DNA of 64,000 nt, taken from a bacterium (lineage in GTDB: Bacteria; Patescibacteriota; Patescibacteriia; JAGPKW01). Each line of letters starts with the position of its first letter. The stretch's first letter is position 1. The position numbers and the translations under genes are program-made. The stretch lies in contig JAJXYN010000012.1 of the NCBI GenBank assembly GCA_021780535.1, positions 5,688 to 69,687 on the forward strand, read 5' to 3'. Positions 18,042 through 28,067 of this stretch are shown here, one piece after another. The notes under the pieces were generated by a model. It was not told the DNA's origin. It saw only the letters and a list, made by a program, of their open reading frames with translations, and made no database searches.

Positions 18042-20804
18042 ATGTCTATATTAAAAAAGATTTTAGGAGATCCAAATAAAAAATTGATTGATAAAACACA
18101 ACCAATTATTGATAAAATTAATGAATTAGAGCAGAAATATTCAATAATGTCTGATGACGAACTTAAGAATCAAACAAACATATTTAAAGAAAAAATAAAC
18201 TCTTCTTCTGATAAAGATAAAACATTGGATGAAATATTGCCAGATGCTTTTGCTGTTGCTCGTGAAGCTGGTAAAAGAGCTCTTGGAATGAGGCATTTTG
18301 ATGTCCAATTAATAGCGGGATATTTTTTACATAAGGGGTATATAGCAGAAATGAGAACTGGTGAGGGAAAGACTTTAGTTGCTACATTGCCAGCTTATTT
18401 AAATGCTTTAACTGGTGATGGTGTTCATGTTGTTACTGTTAATGATTATCTTGCAAAAAGAGATTCTGAATGGATGGGGAAACTTTATACATTTTTAGGT
18501 GTTTCTACTTCTTTTGTTGGACATATGACAAGTTTAAAATTGGAATATGTTACTAACCCTGAAGATGGAAGTGTTAATTTAGAATTTGTGCCGATATCAA
18601 GACAAGGTGCTTATGCTTGTGATATAACTTATGGTACAAATAATGAATTTGGTTTTGATTATTTAAGAGACAATATGGTTGTTGATTTAAATGATAAAAC
18701 TCAAAGAAAATTGAATTATACAATAGTTGATGAAGTTGATAGTATTTTGATTGATGAAGCTAGAACTCCTCTTATTATTTCTTCTGAAGCTTCTGAATCT
18801 GCTGATATGTATTATTCTTTTGCAAATATAGTTTCTAAATTACAAGACAAAGTTGATTATTCTATAGATGAAAAATTAAAATCAGCAACATTAACTGAAG
18901 CTGGATTAAAAACAGTAGAATCTACTTTAGGAGTTTCTAATATTTATACAAATGATGGGATTGCTATGGTTCATCATTTAGAAGAGGCTTTAAAAGCTAA
19001 GGCTTTGTTTATTAAAGATAAAGATTATGTAGTTAAAGATGGAGAAATTATTATTGTTGATGAATTTACTGGAAGAATGATGCCAGGAAGAAGGTATAGT
19101 GAGGGCTTGCACCAAGCTATAGAGGCTAAAGAATCTGTTGAAATAAAAAAAGAAAGCATGACTCTTGCTACTATAACTTTGCAAAATTATTTTAGAATAT
19201 ATAAAAAATTATCTGGTATGACTGGTACAGCTGTTACAGAGGCTGAAGAATTTGGGAAAATTTATAAATTGGAAGTTGTTGTAATACCAACAAATAAACC
19301 AAATATTAGAAAAGATTTGAATGATAAGATATTTAAAAATGAACACGGTAAGTTTCTTGCTGTTGTTGAAGAAATAAAGAAAAAGTATGAAATTGGTCAA
19401 CCAGTTTTGGTTGGTACTGTTTCTATAGAAAAAAATGAAATATTAAGTAATATGCTCGATAAAGCTGGCATACCACATAATGTTCTTAATGCTAAAAATC
19501 ATGAAAGGGAAGCTGATATTATTGCTCAAGCTGGTAAATTTAAAGCCGTTACAATAGCTACTAATATGGCTGGTCGTGGTGTTGATATTGTGCTTGGTGG
19601 TAATCCTCAAAACCCAGAAGAATCAATTAAAGTAAAAGAACTTGGTGGTCTTTGTGTTTTTGGTACTGAAAGACATGAATCAAGAAGAATTGATAATCAA
19701 CTTAGAGGACGTGCTGGTCGTCAGGGTGATATGGGATCTACTCAGTTTTTCATTTCGTTAGAAGATGATTTGATGAGAATTTTTGGGTCTGAAAGAATAA
19801 AATTAATGATGGAGGGCATGGGTATTCCTGATGATATGCCTATTGAAAATGGAATGATTTCCAGATCTATAGAATCTGCTCAAAAAAGAGTGGAAGGTCA
19901 TAATTTTGATATCAGAAAACATCTTGTTGAATATGATGATGTTATTAATAATCATAGAAATATTGTTTATAAAAAAAGAGATGAAATATTAGAACATGCT
20001 GATAAATCTCGTGAAACAATTATTGGATTTATTGAAGAAGAAATATTTAAAATAGTTAATGTTCATACAGCAAATGAAGATTATAAAGTTTGGGATATTG
20101 AAGCTATGATTCAATCTATTAATTCTATGTTTGTTTCAAAGGTTGATTTAAAAAATGAAATTCAATTAATTTTAAATCAAGGAAATACAACATCTGAAAA
20201 TAAGAAGAATGAAATATCAAAAAAAATATTTCAATTAGCTGAAGAATCTTATGTTAGTTTAGAAAATGAAATTACTCCTGAATTTTTAAGGCAAATAGAA
20301 AAACAAATGTTATTAAAAATTATTGATAATCTTTGGATAGAACATTTGGATAATATTAATGATCTTAGAATGGGAGTTGGACTTCGTGGTTATGGTCAAA
20401 GAGATCCGCTTGTTGAATATAAGCGTGATGCTTTTCTTATGTTTACCTCTTTAATTAGTAATATAAGATCTCAGGCTGCTTACACTATGTTTAAGGTTAA
20501 AATGATTACTAATATTGAAAATCCTCAAGCTCAAAATCCAGCTGAAATAAATGACGTACAAGAAATAGGCCCTGAAGAAGTAGATCAATTTTCTGAAGTA
20601 AATGAATTATCTTCTGATAAAGTCTTAGCAGGTAAGGAAAAAATAGAAAATTTTTTGGGATTAAATAATGATGATGTGAGAAAAAAAATGGAAGCCGAAG
20701 TTTCTAAAAATGATTTTATTGAATATGGTGATTCTAAAACTGGTAGAAATGATTTATGTCCTTGTGGATCTGGACTTAAATATAAAAAGTGTCACGGTAA
20801 GTAA
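18042..20804 (+). CDS. secA: preprotein translocase ATPase SecA
   Basis: EMRTGEGKTL, DEVDSILIDEARTPL, TNMAGRG, C-terminal SEC-C motif CPCGSGLKYKKCHG. Confidence 0.99.
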   Translation: MSILKKILGDPNKKLIDKTQPIIDKINELEQKYSIMSDDELKNQTNIFKEKINSSSDKDKTLDEILPDAFAVAREAGKRALGMRHFDVQLIAGYFLHKGYIAEMRTGEGKTLVATLPAYLNALTGDGVHVVTVNDYLAKRDSEWMGKLYTFLGVSTSFVGHMTSLKLEYVTNPEDGSVNLEFVPISRQGAYACDITYGTNNEFGFDYLRDNMVVDLNDKTQRKLNYTIVDEVDSILIDEARTPLIISSEASESADMYYSFANIVSKLQDKVDYSIDEKLKSATLTEAGLKTVESTLGVSNIYTNDGIAMVHHLEEALKAKALFIKDKDYVVKDGEIIIVDEFTGRMMPGRRYSEGLHQAIEAKESVEIKKESMTLATITLQNYFRIYKKLSGMTGTAVTEAEEFGKIYKLEVVVIPTNKPNIRKDLNDKIFKNEHGKFLAVVEEIKKKYEIGQPVLVGTVSIEKNEILSNMLDKAGIPHNVLNAKNHEREADIIAQAGKFKAVTIATNMAGRGVDIVLGGNPQNPEESIKVKELGGLCVFGTERHESRRIDNQLRGRAGRQGDMGSTQFFISLEDDLMRIFGSERIKLMMEGMGIPDDMPIENGMISRSIESAQKRVEGHNFDIRKHLVEYDDVINNHRNIVYKKRDEILEHADKSRETIIGFIEEEIFKIVNVHTANEDYKVWDIEAMIQSINSMFVSKVDLKNEIQLILNQGNTTSENKKNEISKKIFQLAEESYVSLENEITPEFLRQIEKQMLLKIIDNLWIEHLDNINDLRMGVGLRGYGQRDPLVEYKRDAFLMFTSLISNIRSQAAYTMFKVKMITNIENPQAQNPAEINDVQEIGPEEVDQFSEVNELSSDKVLAGKEKIENFLGLNNDDVRKKMEAEVSKNDFIEYGDSKTGRNDLCPCGSGLKYKKCHGK

Positions 20805-20854
20805 AATAAAAATTGGCAACGCTTTTTGTGGCGTTGCCTTTGTTTTTTGGAGTT

Positions 20855-21085
20855 TTACATATTTTGAATTATTTGTAATTCTTGCAAACATGCTTTTACC
20901 GTTGTGATGTCTGCATCTGGATTTGTTCCTAGTTTGGTTACAAATATTATTAAATGCTCGAGCCGATTCATTGTATTTTCATATTCTTGTTTGCTTATAA
21001 TAGAGATTTTTTGATCTTCTATTAAAGATATTAATCCATCAAAAAGCTCATTTATACATTCTAAAGACTCTTCCTTTTGCGTCAT
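20855..21085 (-). CDS. hypothetical protein (76 aa, SD-led islet gene)
   Basis: TAAGGAG 8 nt before ATG; TTGACT upstream; convergent with secA at terminator 20815-20848. Confidence 0.6.
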   Translation of the reverse strand: MTQKEESLECINELFDGLISLIEDQKISIISKQEYENTMNRLEHLIIFVTKLGTNPDADITTVKACLQELQIIQNM

Positions 21086-21270
21086 TTTGATTACTCCTTA
21101 TTATTTTTTATATATTAAAAATTGTAAAAAGTCAAGTTTATTTTATTGTTACTAAATGTTTTTTATATCGTTATATTATTAATAGGTGTATTAAAATAAG
21201 ATTTCAACATCTTATTTTTTTATTTGTTTGCGCTATAATTCAAATTATATATTATTAAAATCAAAATATT

Positions 21271-24200
21271 ATGAATAAGAAATTATTTTTTATTATTTCT
21301 GCTGGAATAATGTTTTTAGTAATTTCTTCCTTTTTGTTGTGGAATTTTGTATTAAAGAATAAATTTCTTGATAATAATGTTTTGGATCGTTATAAAAATG
21401 AATTCTCTCTATCTAATAACAATTTAAAATATGAACCATTTTTTTTAGTTCCAAGTAAAGTTTCAGAAGGTGGTTATATTTCTATTTCTGTTCCATCTGG
21501 CTTCACCGAAGAAGATGTAAAAAATAGTTTAAAATTTAATCCTGAAATAAAAGGTGATTTTGTTGATTTGAAAAATGATAAAAAAATAGGATTTAAGCCT
21601 AGTTCTGATTTAAAAATAGGGCAAGTTTTTGCTGCTTCTGTTACTTCTTCTTTAGGCTCTAATATGTCTGCTGATTTTGTTGTTGCCGAAAAACCAGAGA
21701 TATTAAATATTTTTCCAAATGAAGGAAGTGAGGTTGACCCGATGTCAAATATAACTATTATTTTTAATAGGCCAATAGTCCCATTGTCTATTGTTGATGT
21801 TATGGATAATGTTGATCTACCAATAACTATAACTCCAAAAACAGAAGGTAGATTTAAATGGATTAGTACCAATACTTTACAGTTTATACCTAATAACGGT
21901 CTTGTGTCTTCTAATAATTATAAGGTTCAAATTAATGATGGGTTTAATTCTACAGATGGTGTTAAAATAAAAGGTATAACAAGAACTTTTAAAACTAAAA
22001 TTTTAAGATATGATTCAATTGTTTCTAATAAATCTATTGTTGTTTATAATAATCCTTTTTCTATTAAATTTAATCAAAATTTTGATTTAGAAAAAACTAA
22101 AAAAGAAATTATATTAAAAGATTCAAATAATAATAATGTTGATTTTATTGCTGAATATGGATTAAATAATAAAGTTATAGATAAAACAGTATTAGTTGTT
22201 TATAAGAAACAAGATAAGTATGGAAGAAATAAATTTTGGGATTTTGAATCTAATTATTATTTAAAACTAAATAAAGCATATCCAGAAAATGGGGATATTA
22301 TTTTAGATAGTAGTTATGCTGTAAATATAGTAACAACTAAAGCTTATTCTCAAGTTTTTGCATTATCTGATAGAAGTAATTTGGTGCGAAATGATGTTTT
22401 TGATCCAAAAGGGAAATTAGCTATTAGTTTTTATGAAGATATTGATTTAGAAAAAACTATTTTTAATTCTGATAAAATTAAAAGTAAAGTTTATGCAAAA
22501 AAATGTAAAGATGAAGAATTAATAATGCCTAACTGTGATCAAGAGGATGATAAAAAAACTGTTTATTTAACATTTGATGATTCAAAAATAAAATTAGGTG
22601 AGAGTTTTAATATTAATTTGGAGAGCATTATTAATACTGCAGGTCTAAAAATTAATAATAACAATATCTCTATTTCTGTAAAAGCTTTTGATTCTTTAAA
22701 AATTCTTTCTACTTTTCCAAAAAACGGGAGTATTGGTTCTGATTTAAATACTTTTGTAATTTGTTCTAATAATCCATTAACACCACTACTTGTTGAAGAT
22801 GTTAAGAAACAATTTAAATCTAATATAGAATTTGAGCCTACTTATTTGCAAAATTCTTATTATGTTGATGCTGGTGCTGATAAAAATTATGTAAAATGTA
22901 ATATTGGAGAATATGAAACAAGATTATCTTATCTTGGCTTTGCTCCAAATTCAAATTATCAAATAGATTTTAATGTTTCTGATAATTTTGATCAGAATGC
23001 TAATTATTCTGTTAATTTCTCTACTACCAATGTAGATTATAAGACTTTAAATTTTTTTCATTATCAAGGGAAATATAATGTAACAACAAAAGATAAAACA
23101 AATTTAACTTTCGCTGGTTATAATATGGATTTTGTTGATATAAATGTGTGTAAGGTTACAGCGGAAGATATGCTTTATTATCTTACAAAAAATCCAAACT
23201 ATGCTGATAATAACTCTACTTTAAAATGTTTAAATTCCATAAATAAGCGTATAGATTTACCACGAAAATATTGGGTTAAAAATTATTTTAAAGTTGATTT
23301 AAAAGATTATTTTAATGAAGATTATGGTCATTATATTTTTAGCTTTACAAATCCTTTATATAAAGATTCTAGCGGGAAACAAGTCTATGAAAGAAGTTAT
23401 TTAACGGTTACGAATCTTGATGTTGTTGAGAAAAAAATCAATTCAGCCGAAGATTTAGAGCTTGGATCTGTGAATACAAGGGTTAATTATTTAAAAAATT
23501 TATATTTTGTAACTAAAATTTCTGATTTATCTAGTATTGCAAATGCTGATGTTGAAACTTATGTTACAGACAATTTAGCTAAAGATGGTAAAACGAAAGC
23601 TACAGATAAAGATATAAATTCTGGTAATTTTATTACTACCATTAGAAAAGTTTCAAGTAATAAAACTGGTAGTGATGGTGTTGCTAATGTTGAATCTGTA
23701 TATAAAGCAACTGGGGCTATTGTTAGAGTTGGAAATGATTCAGCTGTAATTACGAGTAATGAAAGTGGTTTGGGATATGCTAGTGATGCTTATAATTCAC
23801 AAGCTGTTTATCTTTATTCTGATAGACCTATCTATAAACCAGGGGATAGTGTTGGATTTAAAGGTATATATCGCATAGGTTATGATGGCGATTATCAAGT
23901 GTTTAAAGAGAAGAAAATCCCTGTAAAGATATATGATTCTAACAATAATGAGGTTTATAATAAAGAACTTGATGTTGATGATTTTGGATCTTTTTCTGGT
24001 TCATTTATTTTAAGTTCTAATGCTTCTGTTGGAACTTATAGAATAGAATCTAAAAATTATAATAGTTATAATTTTGATGTTCAAGAATATGTTCCAGCGG
24101 CTTTTAAAATTGATGCTAAAGTCAATAAAGATGAATTTATTGCTGGTGAAAACTTTAATATAGATTTAAATGCTAGTTATTATTTTGGAGCCCCACTTGA

Positions 24201-27200
24201 AAATGCAAAAGTTGATTATACTATTACGAGTACTGATTATTATTTTGATAAATATAAAGGAGATGGGTATTATAATTTTATAAATTCATCAGGTGATTAT
24301 TACAGAGATTATTTTGCTTATAGAGGTAGTACTGATCTTGTTAATGGTAAGGCTGTTATTAATGGGAAATTAGATTTTGAAAAATTTTTTAAAGAAGATA
24401 ATAGAGGTAGTAAAATATTTAATGTTTATATTAATATTACAAATTCTACTGGAAATTCTATAACAACTGTTAAATCTTTTATAGTTCATGCTGGTAAATA
24501 TTACATTGGCATAAATACTGATAAATATTTTCTTGGGAAAGGTGAAAATTTTAATTTAAAATTGAAAACCGTTGATACAAATGGAAATAAGGCTTCTCTT
24601 AATAATATTGATTTGAAAATTAATAAGGTTACTTGGATTTATAATAAAAGAAAAGAAGTTGATGGTTCTTATTATTATAACTGGGAAAGAAAGTATGATC
24701 TAATAAAGGAAATTACTGTTAATACAAATTCGTTAGGTGATTATTCTTCTAATTTTAATTTAAAAGATGAAGGAGAATATAATGCTGTTGCTACTTTTGA
24801 AGATGATAATGGTAACAATATTTCATCTTCTACTGATTTATATGTTTATGGTAGTGGAAGTGTTTCTATAAGACCTACAAATGATACAAGTTTAGACATG
24901 ACTGCTGAAAAAGTTGGTGATTTGAATGTCGGAGACAAAGCAAAAGTAATTATTAAATCCCCTTATAAAAATGCTAAAGCTTTTATATCTATTGAAAGGG
25001 GTAGGGTTTATTCTTATGAAATAGTTGATATTAATCAAAATATTTATGAATATTCTTTTGATTTAAAGAAAGAATATGCACCCAATGTTTACTTATCGGT
25101 TGTTTTAATTTCTTCTAAACCAGAATTAAAATATGGAAATTTAAGTTTTCAAGTTAATTCTAAAGATAAAGAATTAAATATTGATTTGAAAACAAATAAA
25201 GAAACGTATTTACCTGGTGAAAAAGTTTTTTGTGATATTAATGTCAATGATAGTAATGGAAAACCTGTTTCTACTGAATTATCTATGGCTGTTGTTGATA
25301 TGAGTGTTCTTGCGTTAAAGGGTAACCCTAAAAAAGATCCTGTTTCATATTTTTATAATTATTTTCCATTAAATGTGGCCACATCTTCTAATTTGAAAAA
25401 CATACTTAATGAAATTGATGTTGCTAATTCTACAAAAGGTGGGTCAGGAGCAGAGCCTGGAGATTTATCTAAAAAGAAAAGAGGAGAATTTAGAGATACT
25501 GCATTTTGGGGGTCTATTATAAATACGGATGCTAATGGGTTTGCTCATGTGGAATTTACATTGCCAGATAATCTTACAACTTGGCAAATAGAAACAGTTG
25601 GAGTTACAAAAGATACAAAATTAGGTGTTAATTACAAAGAATTCGTGTCAAAAAAAGAATTAATGTTAACACCTTTAAAACCTAGATTTGTTGTTATTGG
25701 TGATGAATTTCTTGTTGGTGCTAAACTATTTAATCAAACAGGGAACGATCAAATTGTAGATATTGCTTTTGATAGCGGTTATTTAGAATTTAAAGATCAG
25801 AAAAAAAATTTAAAAATAGAAATAAAAAATGGGGAAAGTAAAAATATTTATTTTAAAGTTTATGCCCCATTAACACTTAATATTGTCAATACTAATTTTT
25901 CAGTATCTGCTAAAAATTCTAAATATGAAGATTCTTTTGTTGATAGTATAAATATAAAAACTAATGATGTTTTTGAGACTACTGCTACTTCTTCATATTC
26001 TAAAAATAATGTAAAAGAATATATTTATTTGCCAGAAAATATTTCAAAAACAAAAGGAGAACTTACCGTTAATGCTAGTAATACATTATTTCCTTATATT
26101 AAATCAGCTGTAAAATATATATCAGAAACAAATGATAATTCAACAGAAGGGGTTATTTCTAAAATTATGACCGTATTAAGTTTGAAGAAATTAAATAATT
26201 TAAAACTTACAGATAATATTGATCAGATAAAATATAATAATATTTCTTACGGTATTGATGAAGTTATTCCTGTTTTGCTTTCTGATTTGTATAAAAATTA
26301 CAGAAAATATGATGGTTTTGTTTATTATGCTGATTCTTATTATGTTGATTATTATTTAAATCTTTATGCTTTTAATACATTGACTAGTCTTAAAGATAGT
26401 GGAATTACAATTTCTGATGATATTTATAAAGATTTACAATCAACTATATTGAATAAAATAAATAATAATAGCGATTTGTATTCTGATAAAAATACTATAA
26501 TTGCTACTACTTATTCATTATCAAATTCTTTAAAATATAATGTTATTAATATAGATAGTTTAACATCTATTATCAATGGGTATTTGAAAAATAATAAATT
26601 TTTAGAATTAGATTCTTCAAATTTTTCATTGATTTATTTGATTGATATTATTAATAATAATAAATTAGATAACAATAATATTGATAAAATTTATAATATT
26701 TTGGAAAATAGAATTCAATTTGATTCTCGTGGGGCTTTCTTGCAGCCAGTTAATCCTATTTTAAGATTATATGAAAATTCTGTTTCTGATACAGCTTTAT
26801 TTGTTGATGAATTTTCTAGTTTGAAAAAAGATTTTGTTTCTTATGATAAATTACTTATGTGGCTTAATTCATCAAAAAACAACGATGGATATTGGAATAA
26901 TGAGGTTAATACAAAGATGGTTATGAATGCTTTTATTTCTTATATGGAGTTTACTTCTTCTATTTCTTCTTCATTAAATACCACTACTAATCAAATAGAT
27001 ATTTTAGTTAATGATAAAAAAATCAATGGAAATGTTGTACCAATATCTAATTTAAAAACGGATTTACTCAATTCTGTTTCTATAAATAAAAGTGATAAAA
27101 ATACTGGTTTGTATTATGATATTGCACTTAAATATTATGTTCCAGCAAACCAGATTAGTAAAACAGATGAAGGATTTGTTATTGATAGGGGATTTTATAG

Positions 27201-27648
27201 ATTAAGTGATAAAAAATTTGAAAATAAGGTAAGTGATGCAAGGGTTGGGGAAGTTTTAAATGGAAGAATTGAAGTTGTTGTTCCGAAAGATAGAAATTAT
27301 GTGAATATTGATTCTTATATTCCTGCTGGGTTTGAACTTGTAAATTTTTCTTTTACTACTGAAAATCAAAATAATTATATTGATAATAAAAATAATCAAT
27401 ATAATCAATGGCAAAATTATTATATAGCTCCAGATGAACAAGATTTATATCCTGATTATCAAGAAATTAGAGATAATGAATTGTTTTTATTCAAGCAAAC
27501 ACTAACTCCTGGAATTTATAAATTTGATTATTATGTGAGGGCTTTAATTCCTGGTAAATATAGTTTTTTACCATCTTATATCTATGAAAAATATACTCCA
27601 GAAAATTTTGGAAGAACCGATGGATCTGAATTTGTTATAAATCAATAA
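21271..27648 (+). CDS. bacterial alpha-2-macroglobulin family protein with N-terminal Ig-like domains
   Basis: SDRPIYKPGD (MG2), AVVDMSVLAL, RGEFRDTAFW, LPDNLTTW, IPAGFE, YYVRALIPGKY; N-terminal TM anchor. Confidence 0.92.
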   Translation: MNKKLFFIISAGIMFLVISSFLLWNFVLKNKFLDNNVLDRYKNEFSLSNNNLKYEPFFLVPSKVSEGGYISISVPSGFTEEDVKNSLKFNPEIKGDFVDLKNDKKIGFKPSSDLKIGQVFAASVTSSLGSNMSADFVVAEKPEILNIFPNEGSEVDPMSNITIIFNRPIVPLSIVDVMDNVDLPITITPKTEGRFKWISTNTLQFIPNNGLVSSNNYKVQINDGFNSTDGVKIKGITRTFKTKILRYDSIVSNKSIVVYNNPFSIKFNQNFDLEKTKKEIILKDSNNNNVDFIAEYGLNNKVIDKTVLVVYKKQDKYGRNKFWDFESNYYLKLNKAYPENGDIILDSSYAVNIVTTKAYSQVFALSDRSNLVRNDVFDPKGKLAISFYEDIDLEKTIFNSDKIKSKVYAKKCKDEELIMPNCDQEDDKKTVYLTFDDSKIKLGESFNINLESIINTAGLKINNNNISISVKAFDSLKILSTFPKNGSIGSDLNTFVICSNNPLTPLLVEDVKKQFKSNIEFEPTYLQNSYYVDAGADKNYVKCNIGEYETRLSYLGFAPNSNYQIDFNVSDNFDQNANYSVNFSTTNVDYKTLNFFHYQGKYNVTTKDKTNLTFAGYNMDFVDINVCKVTAEDMLYYLTKNPNYADNNSTLKCLNSINKRIDLPRKYWVKNYFKVDLKDYFNEDYGHYIFSFTNPLYKDSSGKQVYERSYLTVTNLDVVEKKINSAEDLELGSVNTRVNYLKNLYFVTKISDLSSIANADVETYVTDNLAKDGKTKATDKDINSGNFITTIRKVSSNKTGSDGVANVESVYKATGAIVRVGNDSAVITSNESGLGYASDAYNSQAVYLYSDRPIYKPGDSVGFKGIYRIGYDGDYQVFKEKKIPVKIYDSNNNEVYNKELDVDDFGSFSGSFILSSNASVGTYRIESKNYNSYNFDVQEYVPAAFKIDAKVNKDEFIAGENFNIDLNASYYFGAPLENAKVDYTITSTDYYFDKYKGDGYYNFINSSGDYYRDYFAYRGSTDLVNGKAVINGKLDFEKFFKEDNRGSKIFNVYINITNSTGNSITTVKSFIVHAGKYYIGINTDKYFLGKGENFNLKLKTVDTNGNKASLNNIDLKINKVTWIYNKRKEVDGSYYYNWERKYDLIKEITVNTNSLGDYSSNFNLKDEGEYNAVATFEDDNGNNISSSTDLYVYGSGSVSIRPTNDTSLDMTAEKVGDLNVGDKAKVIIKSPYKNAKAFISIERGRVYSYEIVDINQNIYEYSFDLKKEYAPNVYLSVVLISSKPELKYGNLSFQVNSKDKELNIDLKTNKETYLPGEKVFCDINVNDSNGKPVSTELSMAVVDMSVLALKGNPKKDPVSYFYNYFPLNVATSSNLKNILNEIDVANSTKGGSGAEPGDLSKKKRGEFRDTAFWGSIINTDANGFAHVEFTLPDNLTTWQIETVGVTKDTKLGVNYKEFVSKKELMLTPLKPRFVVIGDEFLVGAKLFNQTGNDQIVDIAFDSGYLEFKDQKKNLKIEIKNGESKNIYFKVYAPLTLNIVNTNFSVSAKNSKYEDSFVDSINIKTNDVFETTATSSYSKNNVKEYIYLPENISKTKGELTVNASNTLFPYIKSAVKYISETNDNSTEGVISKIMTVLSLKKLNNLKLTDNIDQIKYNNISYGIDEVIPVLLSDLYKNYRKYDGFVYYADSYYVDYYLNLYAFNTLTSLKDSGITISDDIYKDLQSTILNKINNNSDLYSDKNTIIATTYSLSNSLKYNVINIDSLTSIINGYLKNNKFLELDSSNFSLIYLIDIINNNKLDNNNIDKIYNILENRIQFDSRGAFLQPVNPILRLYENSVSDTALFVDEFSSLKKDFVSYDKLLMWLNSSKNNDGYWNNEVNTKMVMNAFISYMEFTSSISSSLNTTTNQIDILVNDKKINGNVVPISNLKTDLLNSVSINKSDKNTGLYYDIALKYYVPANQISKTDEGFVIDRGFYRLSDKKFENKVSDARVGEVLNGRIEVVVPKDRNYVNIDSYIPAGFELVNFSFTTENQNNYIDNKNNQYNQWQNYYIAPDEQDLYPDYQEIRDNELFLFKQTLTPGIYKFDYYVRALIPGKYSFLPSYIYEKYTPENFGRTDGSEFVINQ

Positions 27649-27692
27649 AAAGAAGCGGCCGAAAAGCCGCTTTTTGATTGTGCCCAACAAGA

Positions 27693-27995
27693 TTAGTAAA
27701 TTATTTGTTCTATTTCTTCTGAATATTTTGGATTTATTGCTATCATGCCGTCAACTAGAAAGGCTATTTGTTTTGATATTTTTTGTTCTCTTAATATAAT
27801 GTCATCTTGTTCGTTGTCTTTATATAATTCTTTGTTTTTATCTAATAAATTTTTTATTTTTATTGATATAAATAGATTTTCTCCTATGCAATTCAGTCCT
27901 ATTTTTCTCATCCATTGGATTAAATTTGTATATTGTATTAATAATTTATAAAATGTTTTTTTTGCTTCGTCTTCACAATAATTATTCGTACCCAC
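27693..27995 (-). CDS. hypothetical protein (SD-led islet gene, GTG start)
   Basis: GGGAGG 6 nt before GTG; TTGACT upstream; bidirectional terminator AAGCGGC-CGAAAA-GCCGCTT at 27653-27676. Confidence 0.65.
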   Translation of the reverse strand: MGTNNYCEDEAKKTFYKLLIQYTNLIQWMRKIGLNCIGENLFISIKIKNLLDKNKELYKDNEQDDIILREQKISKQIAFLVDGMIAINPKYSEEIEQIIY

Positions 27996-28067
27996 TTTGA
28001 TCCTCCCAGGATTAATTTAAATATAAATTGTAATAACAAAATTAAAAAAAGTCAAAATATATATTTT